Shown here: piece after piece, positions 8,949-19,261 of the stretch
Layout: the number at the start of each line of letters is the position of its first letter
How positions within the stretch are numbered: position 1 is the first letter of the stretch
NCBI RefSeq assembly: GCF_001677475.2
Contig: NZ_CP015229.1
Strand: one strand, 5' to 3'
Origin: Escherichia coli
GTDB taxonomy: Bacteria > Pseudomonadota > Gammaproteobacteria > Enterobacterales > Enterobacteriaceae
DNA: 64,000 nucleotides
The notes under the pieces: model-generated
What the model saw: the letters and a program-made list of their open reading frames with translations, nothing else
Told to the model about the DNA's origin: nothing
The model's database searches: none
Translations under genes and position numbers: made by a program

Positions 8949-10808
8949 TTACTCTTTCACCACAATTAACGGTTCAATATCACTCTCTTTTTTAATGACC
9001 AGTGATTCATCACCGCGCAAACACGTCCCACCGTAGTTGCCGCCAACGGTGAAGGTACATACCTGAATGTATTTACCGTCCACTTTCGGCAAACACCACA
9101 GTTGCTGATAGATGTTTTTCTGCTCGGCAAATTTACCGCTGGTTTTGTCCAGCACCTCTTCATGATGGCTGACGAGGTCGATGTTACTGCCACAGCGACC
9201 GGCGATCGGTTTCACTGCGTAACCTGTTTTTACCAGTTCATCATTAACAGTGAAATCGGTATCCAGCAGGTAGCGATGGTGCGGGAACAGCGACCAGAGG
9301 ATCGGCAGAATCGCTTTGTTGCCGGGGATCACTGTCCACAGAGGTTCAAAGACCAGCACTTCCGGGCGCAGCAATACGTCGATAAGACGCACTTCATTTT
9401 GCGGATGACCGGTACGGATCGGCACCGCAGCAAACTCACGGTCGCTAACTTCACGAATCTGATCAAACGCGGTTTCCCACGCCCAGGTTTTCCACACGCA
9501 GTTAACCAGTCGCCCTTCCCCATCAATCAGTTGCCCGGCAGCATCCCAGCCCAGTTCATCCAGCCCGCGCAAGATACGCGTTTCAAAGCCCGCCTGGTGC
9601 AGCGCCTGCTCCATAAACTGCGCGTGATAGTTTTCCTCGATATCTTTGTCCTGCATGATATGGACAAACGGACGTGCACGACTGTGTTTCCAGGCACCAG
9701 CCAGTTCGTTAATCAGCCCTTCCGCCGGATTGAAGCCGTTGCCTTTATAGCCCTGCTCCGCCCAACGTTCGAGGATCAAGCCAGCTTCGGTATGACAGGA
9801 GGCGGAGTCGGCGTTGTATTCGTAGACCTTCAGGCCACGCTCATCCATGCAGAAATCCATACGACCGGTGATCATATGGTGACGGCGACGCTGCCAGGAG
9901 AGACGCAAACGTGGCCAGAGGATTTTCGGAATGTCGAACAGCGCCAGCAGGTTGTCATCTTTTAGCACCTTGTCGGTTGCGTGAAGATACATCAGGTGCA
10001 GCTCGTTGGTGGCTTTAATCAGCTCCTGCTCGGCGCTCTCGGTAATGGTGTAGTAATGATACGGATCCTGATTGATCACCTGACCGTTGGCCTGCACATA
10101 GGCGTTTTGCAGCGGATCTTTTTCATCCAGCCATTTACCGTCAAACTGGCCTTTGTTTTCCAGACGCGCTCCGCTGATTTTCAGCAGCTCGCCTGCAATT
10201 TCCGGCTGCGGTAAGCTGTATTCAGTATCTTCCGTCTGGATCATCCAGCCCAGAATGGTGGTGTCATCAAAAGTGTCTTTAAGGGTATAGCAGCCGTTTT
10301 CGACCACCATCTCCAGCTCGCGCGTCCACTGTTGTCCTTGCGGCAACGGGGAATGAATCACGTTCTGTTCCGCAATACGGACTTTGTTGCCATGCAATTG
10401 GGTAATGATGGCGACATGGCCGGTGTCTTTAAATTCACCGCCTTTATCCCAGATAAGAAGCGCACCCGCGACCGGCGCACGCGGCGAGCCGTTAGGAAAT
10501 GCCTGCAATGGCAGGATGTTGTCATTAACCACTTCACGCAGGAAGCGCAGCGAGAAAATCTCCCACGCCATACCCACGTCAGTGAAGACCACACCGTAGT
10601 TCAGAAAGAGAAAACGGCGAGCAAATTCAACGCATTGCCATTTGTGGCCCATATATTCGTCGTCGATATAGCTACGGAATACGGCGTCATCTTCGTATTC
10701 CTGCGGATCGAGAGAACTGTAATCTGAAGAGTAGATTGCTACCCCACCTGGGGCGTAGCCCAATAATGTCCCGAACGGGGCATCCTGGCTGGTCGTTCCT
10801 TTGCTCAT
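8949..10808 (-). CDS. gss: Bifunctional glutathionylspermidine synthetase/amidase (619 aa)
   Basis: Begins MSKGTTSQDAPFGTLLGYAPGGVAIYSSDYSS; N-terminal CHAP-type amidase plus C-terminal ATP-grasp synthetase. Confidence 0.95.
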   Translation of the reverse strand: MSKGTTSQDAPFGTLLGYAPGGVAIYSSDYSSLDPQEYEDDAVFRSYIDDEYMGHKWQCVEFARRFLFLNYGVVFTDVGMAWEIFSLRFLREVVNDNILPLQAFPNGSPRAPVAGALLIWDKGGEFKDTGHVAIITQLHGNKVRIAEQNVIHSPLPQGQQWTRELEMVVENGCYTLKDTFDDTTILGWMIQTEDTEYSLPQPEIAGELLKISGARLENKGQFDGKWLDEKDPLQNAYVQANGQVINQDPYHYYTITESAEQELIKATNELHLMYLHATDKVLKDDNLLALFDIPKILWPRLRLSWQRRRHHMITGRMDFCMDERGLKVYEYNADSASCHTEAGLILERWAEQGYKGNGFNPAEGLINELAGAWKHSRARPFVHIMQDKDIEENYHAQFMEQALHQAGFETRILRGLDELGWDAAGQLIDGEGRLVNCVWKTWAWETAFDQIREVSDREFAAVPIRTGHPQNEVRLIDVLLRPEVLVFEPLWTVIPGNKAILPILWSLFPHHRYLLDTDFTVNDELVKTGYAVKPIAGRCGSNIDLVSHHEEVLDKTSGKFAEQKNIYQQLWCLPKVDGKYIQVCTFTVGGNYGGTCLRGDESLVIKKESDIEPLIVVKE

Positions 10809-11012
10809 CACTTTACCTTTAACAATACAACCTAAGCAGTTGGCGTAATTGTTGTGCTCTGATTACCTGCTCAGCGACATTAACCGGACAGAGGTCAGAC
10901 TAATCATACACCTCATCGCAGCGGCTGGTGCAAAGGGTTAAAAAATTCACATTCTGTACAGCAAGTGACCTGCTACACTGCTTCAACACTACCACTCAGA
11001 AGGCAACTCACT

Positions 11013-11879
11013 ATGACAGACAATACTTATCAGCCCGCGAAAGTCTGGACGTGGGATAAATCCGCTGGCGGCGCGTTCGCCAATATCAATCGCCCGGTTT
11101 CTGGTCCGACGCATGAAAAAACGCTGCCCGTTGGCAAACATCCATTGCAACTTTATTCGCTGGGAACGCCGAACGGTCAGAAAGTAACGATTATGCTTGA
11201 GGAGCTGCTGGCGCTGGGCGTTACTGGTGCAGAGTACGATGCCTGGCTGATACGCATAGGCGATGGAGATCAATTCTCCAGCGGCTTTGTCGAAGTGAAC
11301 CCAAATTCGAAGATCCCGGCGCTGCGCGATCATACGCATAATCCGCCGATCCGCGTGTTTGAGTCTGGTTCGATCCTGCTTTATCTGGCAGAGAAATTTG
11401 GCTACTTCTTGCCGCAGGATCTGGCGAAACGTACTGAAGCAATGAACTGGCTGTTCTGGCTACAGGGGGCTGCGCCGTTCCTCGGCGGTGGTTTTGGTCA
11501 CTTTTACCATTACGCGCCGGTGAAAATTGAGTACGCCATCAATCGCTTTACCATGGAAGCCAAGCGCCTGCTCGACGTGCTGGATAAGCAACTGGCGCAG
11601 CATAAGTTTGTTGCGGGCGATGAGTACACCATTGCGGATATGGCGATTTGGCCGTGGTTTGGCAACGTGGTGTTAGGCGGCGTGTATGATGCCGCAGAGT
11701 TTCTTGATGCAGGTAGTTATAAACACGTACAACGCTGGGCGAAAGAAGTAGGCGAACGTCCGGCGGTGAAGCGTGGGCGTATTGTTAACCGCACCAACGG
11801 ACCGCTGAATGAGCAGTTGCATGAGCGCCATGACGCCAGTGATTTCGAGACAAATACAGAAGATAAGCGTCAGGGGTAA
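11013..11879 (+). CDS. yghU: Nu-class glutathione S-transferase-like disulfide reductase (288 aa)
   Basis: Starts MTDNTYQPAKVWTWDKSAGGAFANINRPVSG, matching YghU from memory. Confidence 0.93.
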   Translation: MTDNTYQPAKVWTWDKSAGGAFANINRPVSGPTHEKTLPVGKHPLQLYSLGTPNGQKVTIMLEELLALGVTGAEYDAWLIRIGDGDQFSSGFVEVNPNSKIPALRDHTHNPPIRVFESGSILLYLAEKFGYFLPQDLAKRTEAMNWLFWLQGAAPFLGGGFGHFYHYAPVKIEYAINRFTMEAKRLLDVLDKQLAQHKFVAGDEYTIADMAIWPWFGNVVLGGVYDAAEFLDAGSYKHVQRWAKEVGERPAVKRGRIVNRTNGPLNEQLHERHDASDFETNTEDKRQG

Positions 11880-11904
11880 GGGTTAGCGTTCGTCGCAGCA
11901 AGCC

Positions 11905-11990
11905 ATCCAGGCCGTATAAGACGTTCACGCCGCATCCGGCAATCGAGCACAAGCCTGATGCGACGCTGCCGCGTCTTATCAGGCCTACGA
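11905..11990. repeat. BIME: two REP (repetitive extragenic palindromic) units in inverted orientation
   Basis: gccgtataagacgttcacgccgcatccggc and gcctgatgcgacgctgccgcgtcttatcaggcctacg match the E. coli REP consensus. Confidence 0.8.
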
Positions 11991-12000
11991 AATCTAATCA

Positions 12001-12249
12001 TCACGCGCTGGTAATGTCGTAATCCATTTGGCGCAGCGCGTCTAATGTGGCTTTGGCTTCGTCTTCGTCGATGATACTCATGGCAAATCCGACGTGCACC
12101 AGCACCCACTGGCCCAGCAGATCGGCAGGGTTACCTTCACAAATCAGGGCGATATTCACGTCGCGCTTGATACCACATACTTCAACCTGCGCAAGCTGGT
12201 GAATATCTTCACCGACAGCCAGCACCTGGCCTGGAACGCCAATACACAT
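12001..12249 (-). CDS. hybG: Hydrogenase maturation chaperone, HypC family (82 aa)
   Basis: [11 protein letters not shown]-terminus typical of HypC/HybG. Confidence 0.95.
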
Positions 12250-12289
12250 TGTTAACTCCGGTTATTTCGATTGCCGGACAAACGCGAAA

Positions 12290-12350
12290 AAGAACCTTTA
12301 GCGGGTGTTTCCCCTCACCCTAACCCTCTCCCCGGAGGGGCGAGGGGACC
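12290..12350. repeat. GC-rich palindromic repeat (possibly boxC-type) in the hybF-hybG spacer
   Basis: cccctcaccctaaccctctccccggaggggcgaggggacc contains interlocking inverted repeats. Confidence 0.4.
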
Positions 12351-12382
12351 GTCCGTGCGCTTTTCAAGCGTTGTCCTCAGTC

Positions 12383-12724
12383 TTATTCAACTTCAATACT
12401 TTTGACGATCAGCGAATCGCCGGTATCGACACGCAACCGCTCGCCATGACAGAGCGGACACTGCGCATCGTGCTGATGAATATCCACCACCTGGCTGCAA
12501 TCCCAGCACCAGGCCTGGGCGGGTTTATAGACGATATGTAAATCGCACCCTTGCGCCACCGTTCCGTGGCAGACAATTTCAAAACTAAAACGGACGGCGC
12601 TCTCCTCAACGCAGGAGAGCGCGCCAATTTCCAGCCACACGGCGGTGACGCGCTTAACATCGTGCTGCTCCGCCTGCCGTTGGATAATTTCAACGGCGCT
12701 CTGGCAAAGCGACAACTCATGCAT
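12383..12724 (-). CDS. hybF: Hydrogenase nickel-insertion protein, HypA family (113 aa)
   Basis: MHELSLCQSAVEIIQ plus CxxC...CxxC zinc motif; start taken at Met19 of the track ORF. Confidence 0.93.
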   Translation of the reverse strand: MHELSLCQSAVEIIQRQAEQHDVKRVTAVWLEIGALSCVEESAVRFSFEIVCHGTVAQGCDLHIVYKPAQAWCWDCSQVVDIHQHDAQCPLCHGERLRVDTGDSLIVKSIEVE

Positions 12725-13205
12725 TTTCGCCACTCCTGCGGCCAAATAGCAGGGCACGACGCCCTGCGTGTGGTACATCCGGATTAGTGACTGGCAGCGA
12801 AAGGATCATTCGTGCGCAGTCATCCGTCAGGCGTTGGCCCTCTTCAATCGACATGCTGTGCGAAAGCGGTGACATCAGTGAACAGGAGAGATATTGAGAA
12901 ACACCGTCCAGTTCGCCAACGGTAAAGGTCATGGTGCCATACGGCAGTTGCAGACCGATTTTTTCACTCACTTTGCGCAGCGGCCAGAGTTGATCCGGGC
13001 CGGGGAAGATAACTGCACTCAGCATCCACGGGGTGATTACACACCCCGTCCACTGACCTTCGAACAGCGTAAAGTCAGAAACATACACCGGCATTGAAGG
13101 ATGCAGAAAAGAGAGATCGTGCATCGAACGCCGGGCAATTTCTTCAAACGCTTCCTGTACTTGCGCCTTCGGGGAGGTCTGGAAACCTGCTATCTCTTCA
13201 GTCAT
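12717..13205 (-). CDS. hybE: Hydrogenase-2 operon chaperone (162 aa)
   Basis: MTEEIAGFQTSPKAQVQEAFEEIARRSMHDL; internal Met of track ORF gives the 162-aa K-12 length. Confidence 0.9.
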   Translation of the reverse strand: MTEEIAGFQTSPKAQVQEAFEEIARRSMHDLSFLHPSMPVYVSDFTLFEGQWTGCVITPWMLSAVIFPGPDQLWPLRKVSEKIGLQLPYGTMTFTVGELDGVSQYLSCSLMSPLSHSMSIEEGQRLTDDCARMILSLPVTNPDVPHAGRRALLFGRRSGENA

Positions 13206-13692
13206 GAATCGCCTCCCGTGGGATGGCTTCCACGCCTGATTCGCGCAGCGCAGCCAGAACCTGCTCAAGCGCAGGTTCAATCATTGCTTCAACCGTCGGC
13301 GTTAAGCCGATGTGTGGCTCCAGCGATTCCGGGATCACGCCGACCAGGGTCAGCTTTTTCGGAAACTCACCGGTGAAGCGCAGGGCCGACAATACGTCGG
13401 CCAGGCCAAGCTGATGCGGAGAGATTTTGTTGGTAAACAACGCCGGAACTTCTTCATCCCGCAGGATCATCATCGTTCCCGGCGCGCTCTTCTTCGACAC
13501 AATGGCATCCGCAATGATCAGATGATCGCGATTTGCCATGTCGCCAAGCAGCTCCATTCCCGCCGTGCCGCCATCGAGGATCTCAACATAATCCGGCAGA
13601 ATATATCGTTGCTCTAACGCTTCGACAATCCGCACACCGATGGCTTCATCGGTCAGCAAAATATTGCCGACCCCTAAGACTAAAATACGCAT
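13198..13692 (-). CDS. hybD: Hydrogenase-2 maturation endopeptidase (164 aa)
   Basis: MRILVLGVGNILLTDEAIGVR protease N-terminus; 1-nt overlap with hybC stop. Confidence 0.93.
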   Translation of the reverse strand: MRILVLGVGNILLTDEAIGVRIVEALEQRYILPDYVEILDGGTAGMELLGDMANRDHLIIADAIVSKKSAPGTMMILRDEEVPALFTNKISPHQLGLADVLSALRFTGEFPKKLTLVGVIPESLEPHIGLTPTVEAMIEPALEQVLAALRESGVEAIPREAIHD

Positions 13693-15395
13693 TACAGAAC
13701 CTTCACTGAAACCACTTCGTTGCCGTCGGCATCCACTACGTGTACCGCACAGGCCATGCACGGGTCGAAGGAGTGAATGGTACGCACCACTTCCAGCGGT
13801 TTATTCGGATCGGCAACCGGTGTACCCACCAGCGACTGCTCGTAAGGACCGACGTCATCATTGAAGTTACGTGGGCCAGAGTTCCAGGTTGATGGAACAA
13901 CTGCCTGGTAGTTGCTGATGATACCGTCTTTAATAACCATCCAGTGAGAGAGCATACCGCGCGGTGCTTCGAGGAAACCTACGCCTTTGAACTCACCCGT
14001 TGCCGGAATGTTCGGCTTCACAAAGGTGGTGTGATCGCCTTTGCCGATATTGGTGATCAGTGCACTGTATTGATTTTGCAGGATATCCTGCAATTCGCAG
14101 CAGTGAACGGTACGACCAATAATACGGCCCAGTGTAGAGTGCAGTTGCGCCACTTCCAGCGTGTTACCAGTCAGTTTCTGATAAATCGCAACGATTTCAT
14201 TCAGTTTGTTCTGGGTAGACTCGCGACCTGTCGCCAGTTTTACCAGCATGTTAGCCAGAGGCCCCACTTCTACCGTTTTTCCGTAGAAAGTCGGTGATTT
14301 CACCCAGGAATATTTACCGTCGTCAGACCAACCATCATAAGCCGGAATGGTGGTACCTTCCCACGGTGCCTGCGGCGCTTCGTCTTTATACCAGGAGTGC
14401 TTCGCGCTCTCCTGAATGCCTTTAATCAGGTATTCATCGGAGTGGGAAGTGATCGGGCGATACGAGGACAGATCCGCATTCTCAATGTAGCCGCCCGGGA
14501 ACAGGAAGCTGCCGTTTTTGCTGTCGGTCGGGAATTCCGGCACGCTCAGGTAGTTCACCGCACCTTTACCGCGCGTCAGCCATTCCGGGTAGAACGCGGC
14601 GATAACCGCGGTATCAACCTTATAAACCTGCTCAACAAAGTCGCTCAGTTTGTCGATGAAAGACTTGATGTACATCAGGCGCTCAAGGTTCAGCACGCCC
14701 AACCCGTCGAGGTTGATTGGGTTCGCGACACCACCCACTGCCAGGTTCTGAATGTGCGGCGTTTTACCGCCCAGCAGCGCCACGACGCGGTTAGCGTCAC
14801 GCTGGCACTCCAGCGCCTGCAGGTAGTGCGCTACCGCAATCAGGTTCACTTCCGGCGGCAGTTTCATCGCCGGGTGACCCCAGTAGCCATTAGCGAAAAT
14901 ACCCAACTGACCGCTGGCAACCAGATCTTTGATCTTGTTCTGAACTTTGGTGAACTCTTCCGGGCTGTTCAGGTGCCAGGTCGAAACACCTTTCAGCATT
15001 TCGGAGGCTTTGGTTGGGTCAGCTTGCAGTGCAGAAGTGATATCCACCCAGTCCAGCGCCGAAAGTTGATAGAAATGAACGATATGGTCATGCGTGGTGT
15101 GCGCAGCCAGAATGATGTTACGGATGTATTGCGCGTTAACCGGAACGTCGATATTCAGTGCACTTTCTGCCGCACGAACGGAAGACAGCGCGTGAGTGGT
15201 AGTACATACGCCACAGATACGTTGCACAATCATCCATGCATCGCGCGGATCGCGGTTTTTCACGATCTCTTCCATGCCGCGCCACATGGTACCGGAAGCC
15301 CATGCTTTCGAAACGACGCCATTTTCGATTTCGCAATCGATGCGTAAATGCCCCTCAATACGGGTTACCGGATCAATAGTAATTCTCTGGCTCAT
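13692..15395 (-). CDS. hybC: [NiFe] hydrogenase-2 large subunit (567 aa)
   Basis: RIEGH N-terminal motif and C-terminal DPCMACAVH nickel-binding motif. Confidence 0.97.
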   Translation of the reverse strand: MSQRITIDPVTRIEGHLRIDCEIENGVVSKAWASGTMWRGMEEIVKNRDPRDAWMIVQRICGVCTTTHALSSVRAAESALNIDVPVNAQYIRNIILAAHTTHDHIVHFYQLSALDWVDITSALQADPTKASEMLKGVSTWHLNSPEEFTKVQNKIKDLVASGQLGIFANGYWGHPAMKLPPEVNLIAVAHYLQALECQRDANRVVALLGGKTPHIQNLAVGGVANPINLDGLGVLNLERLMYIKSFIDKLSDFVEQVYKVDTAVIAAFYPEWLTRGKGAVNYLSVPEFPTDSKNGSFLFPGGYIENADLSSYRPITSHSDEYLIKGIQESAKHSWYKDEAPQAPWEGTTIPAYDGWSDDGKYSWVKSPTFYGKTVEVGPLANMLVKLATGRESTQNKLNEIVAIYQKLTGNTLEVAQLHSTLGRIIGRTVHCCELQDILQNQYSALITNIGKGDHTTFVKPNIPATGEFKGVGFLEAPRGMLSHWMVIKDGIISNYQAVVPSTWNSGPRNFNDDVGPYEQSLVGTPVADPNKPLEVVRTIHSFDPCMACAVHVVDADGNEVVSVKVL

Positions 15396-16570
15396 GCTTT
15401 GCTCGCCTCATGACGATTATGATCGTTTTGTTTTAAAGGAGGAAGTATCGGCAGTAGACGAATGAGTACGATGTAAGCGCAAATCTCAATAGCCACAAAA
15501 CCAATAGAAATCAACAGTTCTTCCCAGGTCGGGAAGTAGGCGTAACCGCCGCCCGGGTTGAATGCCACCAGCGAATAGGTCAGACGCCAGGTTGCACAAC
15601 CTAACAGCGCGCTCAGTGCTGACAGGAACAGCATGCGGGAATCATTACGCAGCTTCGCCACACGCAGAACGACCAGCGGGAAGAGCATCAGCAGGACTTC
15701 AATCCAGAACATCACGGAATAGAAGTCACCGGCAAACGCTAACGACAGCTTGTCGCGATAGATAAGCTCGCCAAAGCGCAGCACGATGAAAATCGCCAGC
15801 AACACACTGATGGTGTTGGTCAGCTTAACGAACAGACTCTTTTCATCCGGACCGTTGCCACGCAGACCCGCCTGCACCAACGAACCTTCAAAGATGACAA
15901 TCGAGAAGCCCATGATGAATGCCGTCAGCAGCGAGAACAGCGGCAACATTTCATAGCTCTGCCACAACGGATGCACTTTGTAGCCCGCCGAGATCATCAG
16001 CGACCCCATTGAAGACTGGTGCATAGTTGGCAGCAGCGCACCGAGCGCGATGATGAAGAACATCACCTTGTTCAGACGCTGTAGCGACACCTTCCAGCCC
16101 AATCGTTCAAACAATGCCGGAGCAAACTCCAGTGCCATCACGCCGATGTAGATGGTCATACAGACCGCCGTCTCGAACAGTACCGAGTTCACGTTGAAGT
16201 GACCCGGAATGTAGAAGTACGGCAGGTTCCAGTAGCGACCAACGTCGATGGTGATCGACAAGCCACCCAGTGAGTAACCGAACAGACTCGCCAACAGCGC
16301 CGGACGCACCAGCGGATGGTATTGCCCACGGTTAAAGACGTATACCGCCCACGCCAGCGCCCAGCCGCCACAGGCAAAGCCGGTGCCGATCAACAGGTCA
16401 AACGCGATCCACACACCCCACGGGAAGCCGCCGTTCAGGTCAGAGACTGAGCCCAGACCGAACACCAGACGCTTCACAATCAGGAGCATACAGATGACGA
16501 TTAACGGTCCAAAAATCATGACCGGTTTACTGATGATTTTGCCGCCCAGCGGTTGTGGATCATGACTCAT
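15392..16570 (-). CDS. hybB: Hydrogenase-2 integral membrane subunit (392 aa)
   Basis: Polytopic membrane protein; operon position. Confidence 0.95.
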
Positions 16571-17546
16571 GATCGTCTCCTCCGTCGTGATGGTCGTTTT
16601 TGGTGTTGCGACGAACCAGCACGGTTAAGCCCGCCAGCACAGCCAGTGGTAGCATCATGCCTTTATACAGGGTGTGTTGAATATTTTCGGAACGCGCACC
16701 GGTAGAAAGATCGTCCAGTTTCGGCAGGTCGAGATTTTCGTAAGGCACACCGGTCAGTACCAGAACCTGAGTACCGCCGCCCTCTTTCTCGCCGTACAGA
16801 TGCGGATAATATTTCGGCACCGTATGCAGGTAAGTGTCGCCAGATTTCAGCGTCTGACGCGGATAGTGGTATTCGCTGCCTGGCTTCAGCGCCAGACGTT
16901 TTTTCGCCTCAGCCATCAGCTCTTCACGCGTACCAAAAATCACCGCGCCCGCCGGGCACACTTCTACGCAGCCAGGCAGACCGCCTTTATCAAGACGTTC
17001 CACACCTTTCTGGTTGCACAGTTCACACTTATGCAGCGCACCAAATGGGTTGTTGTAGTCGTACTTCGGCACGTTGTATGGGCAGGCGACCATGCAGTAA
17101 CGGCAGCCAGTGCACACATCTTTGTCGTAATGGACAATGCCGGTTTTCGGATCTTTTTTCAGCGCAGAGACCGGACACACGGAGACACAGTTCGGATCGA
17201 CGCAGTGCATACACTGTTTCTTAATATACGCGTAGCCGTTCTCTTCCTGGTCTTTGTTGACACCCGTGCCGCTGGTCCACACCTGAATAATGTTATTGGT
17301 ATACGGCGACAGTTTGTCGTTGTTCGACCAGGTCTGTTCCCCTTGTGGGTTACGTTCAGGGAAGTTGATATCCTGACACTTGGTGACGCAAGCCTGGCAG
17401 CCTACGCACAAGGTCGAGTCGTACAACATCCCCAGCGATCCCGGAATTGGCGGGCGGTTTTCAGCAGCCGCATGACTGACAGACGGCAGCGCGCCCGTCA
17501 GCAATGCCCCGCAGGAGGCTGCTTTAATAAAATTACGTCTGTTCAC
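16560..17546 (-). CDS. hybA: Hydrogenase-2 ferredoxin-type 4Fe-4S subunit (328 aa)
   Basis: Tat-type N-terminus (RRNFIK) and multiple CxxCxxCxxxCP clusters. Confidence 0.96.
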
Positions 17547-17548
17547 GG

Positions 17549-18667
17549 TTATTCTCCCCGTGAGTCAGCGTTATCTTTCTTTTGCTGACGACCCAGTTCA
17601 CGCACCGCCATCACGCTGACACCGGCAACCAGCCCAACCACACCGCCGAGCAAACCGATAGCGCCTGCAGAGACGTTGCCGCCCTCTTTAGCGTTAACAT
17701 CCGGTTTCTGCGAACGCGGAGTCTGGTTTTCGACGTTGGCAAGCTGATGGATGCCTTTATGGAAGCCGATACCTTCTTCGTTACAGCCATAGCACGGGTG
17801 ACCAATCGCCACCGGCCACACACCACCAACATCGCAGAATTGCAGCGTTGAGCAGTTGCCGTAAGTTTCTGGCCCTTTACAGCCGAGGTGGTACAGGCAC
17901 CAGCCTTCGCGGTGGCCTTCATCACCGAACTCTTTGGCAAAACGACCAGCATCGAAGTGCGGGCGGCGTTCGCAGTGTTCGTGAATCAGACGGCCATAGG
18001 CGAAAGTCGGACGGTTTTTGTCATCCAGTTTCGGCGGTTTGCCGTAAGTGATGATGTGCGCAACGGTCGCGAGGAAGTTGTGCGGGTTCGGTGGGCAGCC
18101 CGGAATGTTGATAACGGTTTTGCCCGGCAGAACTTCTTGCAGGCTGACAGCGCCAGTTGGGTTAACTCCAGCTGCGGCAACACCGCCCCACGCAGAGCAG
18201 GAACCGATAGCGATAATGGCTGCTGCGCCTTCCGCCGCTTTGCGGATGTGATCCACAATCGGCTCACCGGCAACCATGCAATAAATACCGTTATCTTTTA
18301 ATGGGATGGAACCATCCACCACTAACACATACTGCCCTTTGTACTTCTCGAGAGCGTTATGTTTGTTCTCTTCGACCTGATGACCGAAGGCGGCGGAAAG
18401 CACTTCGTGATACTCCAGAGAGATAGTCTCCAGTACGAGGTTTTCTACTGTTGGATGCGTTGCACGAAGCAGAGATTCCGTACAACCGGTGCACTCCTGC
18501 GCGCCAATCCAGATAACTGGCGGACGCTGCGGGTTAGTAACCGATTCGGCCATCTCTGCAGCGGCTTTGCTACTTAACCCCATGGTGGCGGCTAATGCTG
18601 CACAAAGCTTCATGAAATCACGACGGTTAATGCCGTGAGAATGGATGAGGGTGTTATCTCCAGTCAT
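17549..18667 (-). CDS. hybO: [NiFe] hydrogenase-2 small subunit (372 aa)
   Basis: Twin-arginine signal INRRDFMK and Fe-S cysteine ligands. Confidence 0.96.
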   Translation of the reverse strand: MTGDNTLIHSHGINRRDFMKLCAALAATMGLSSKAAAEMAESVTNPQRPPVIWIGAQECTGCTESLLRATHPTVENLVLETISLEYHEVLSAAFGHQVEENKHNALEKYKGQYVLVVDGSIPLKDNGIYCMVAGEPIVDHIRKAAEGAAAIIAIGSCSAWGGVAAAGVNPTGAVSLQEVLPGKTVINIPGCPPNPHNFLATVAHIITYGKPPKLDDKNRPTFAYGRLIHEHCERRPHFDAGRFAKEFGDEGHREGWCLYHLGCKGPETYGNCSTLQFCDVGGVWPVAIGHPCYGCNEEGIGFHKGIHQLANVENQTPRSQKPDVNAKEGGNVSAGAIGLLGGVVGLVAGVSVMAVRELGRQQKKDNADSRGE

Positions 18668-18855
18668 TTATAGTTATTCCGTTGCGAAGACCTGGCATAT
18701 ATTTTGCCTCAATCGCAAAATCAATAATGCGATCGATGCGCCATTTACCACACATTTATTATGGTTATCGATATCATGATACTGCGGCGGGGCGCTAAAA
18801 CGAAGGGAAGAAGCATTAGTGTAATTAATTAAAGCAAGATAATACGTATGTTTGA
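18668..18855 (-). promoter_or_regulatory. hyb operon promoter / 5' leader region
   Basis: Intergenic AT-rich stretch upstream of hybO and downstream of yghW. Confidence 0.4.
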
Positions 18856-19143
18856 TCAATTTTCGAGGCGATAACCGGCCATAAAAAAGCGCAACGTAGA
18901 ACAGGAATTATTCTCACGAAAGAAATCCATTACCATCTCTTTATCCAGTCCATAGCGGCGCGTCAGAATACCCGCTTCCCAGGCGCTAAGCTGGCGATCT
19001 CCGGTCTTTTCGTACATCCGGTGTGAGTAGCCTAATACAAAACCGCGTTTATAATCGGCACAGTATTTTGTCACATTAACCGCACTGTCGGCATGCGTTG
19101 CTTTTAATCCCGCCATTAAGCCTTTACCAAAATGGTTATTCAT
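18856..19143 (-). CDS. yghW: DUF2623-family protein (95 aa)
   Basis: [28 protein letters not shown]...; matches K-12 YghW from memory. Confidence 0.88.
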   Translation of the reverse strand: MNNHFGKGLMAGLKATHADSAVNVTKYCADYKRGFVLGYSHRMYEKTGDRQLSAWEAGILTRRYGLDKEMVMDFFRENNSCSTLRFFMAGYRLEN

Positions 19144-19261
19144 CGTTCACCTCATTCGCTATATATTATCATATATAGCGATATTTTAGGCAAAGAACGA
19201 CTTTTGCGCACGCTATTTTTTCATGCTTGTTTAAGACGTAATCCCGTAAGAGATAAACCTA

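Noticed and set aside
9102-9965. 287-aa plus-strand ORF inside gss
   Set aside because: Antisense to a well-supported conserved gene; composition typical of a shadow ORF in GC-rich coding sequence.
12001-12109. 79-aa minus-strand ORF 11870..12109 spanning the REP element and hybG
   Set aside because: Runs through the REP palindromes and overlaps hybG out of frame; artefact of GC-rich repeats.
14397-15347. 316-aa plus-strand ORF inside hybC
   Set aside because: Antisense shadow ORF; arginine/histidine-rich low-complexity translation; hybC on the opposite strand is unambiguous.
16674-17588. 304-aa plus-strand ORF inside hybA
   Set aside because: Antisense shadow ORF.
18674-18859. 61-aa minus-strand ORF in the hyb promoter region
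   Set aside because: Overlaps the yghW stop, has no ribosome-binding site, and is AT-rich promoter DNA.
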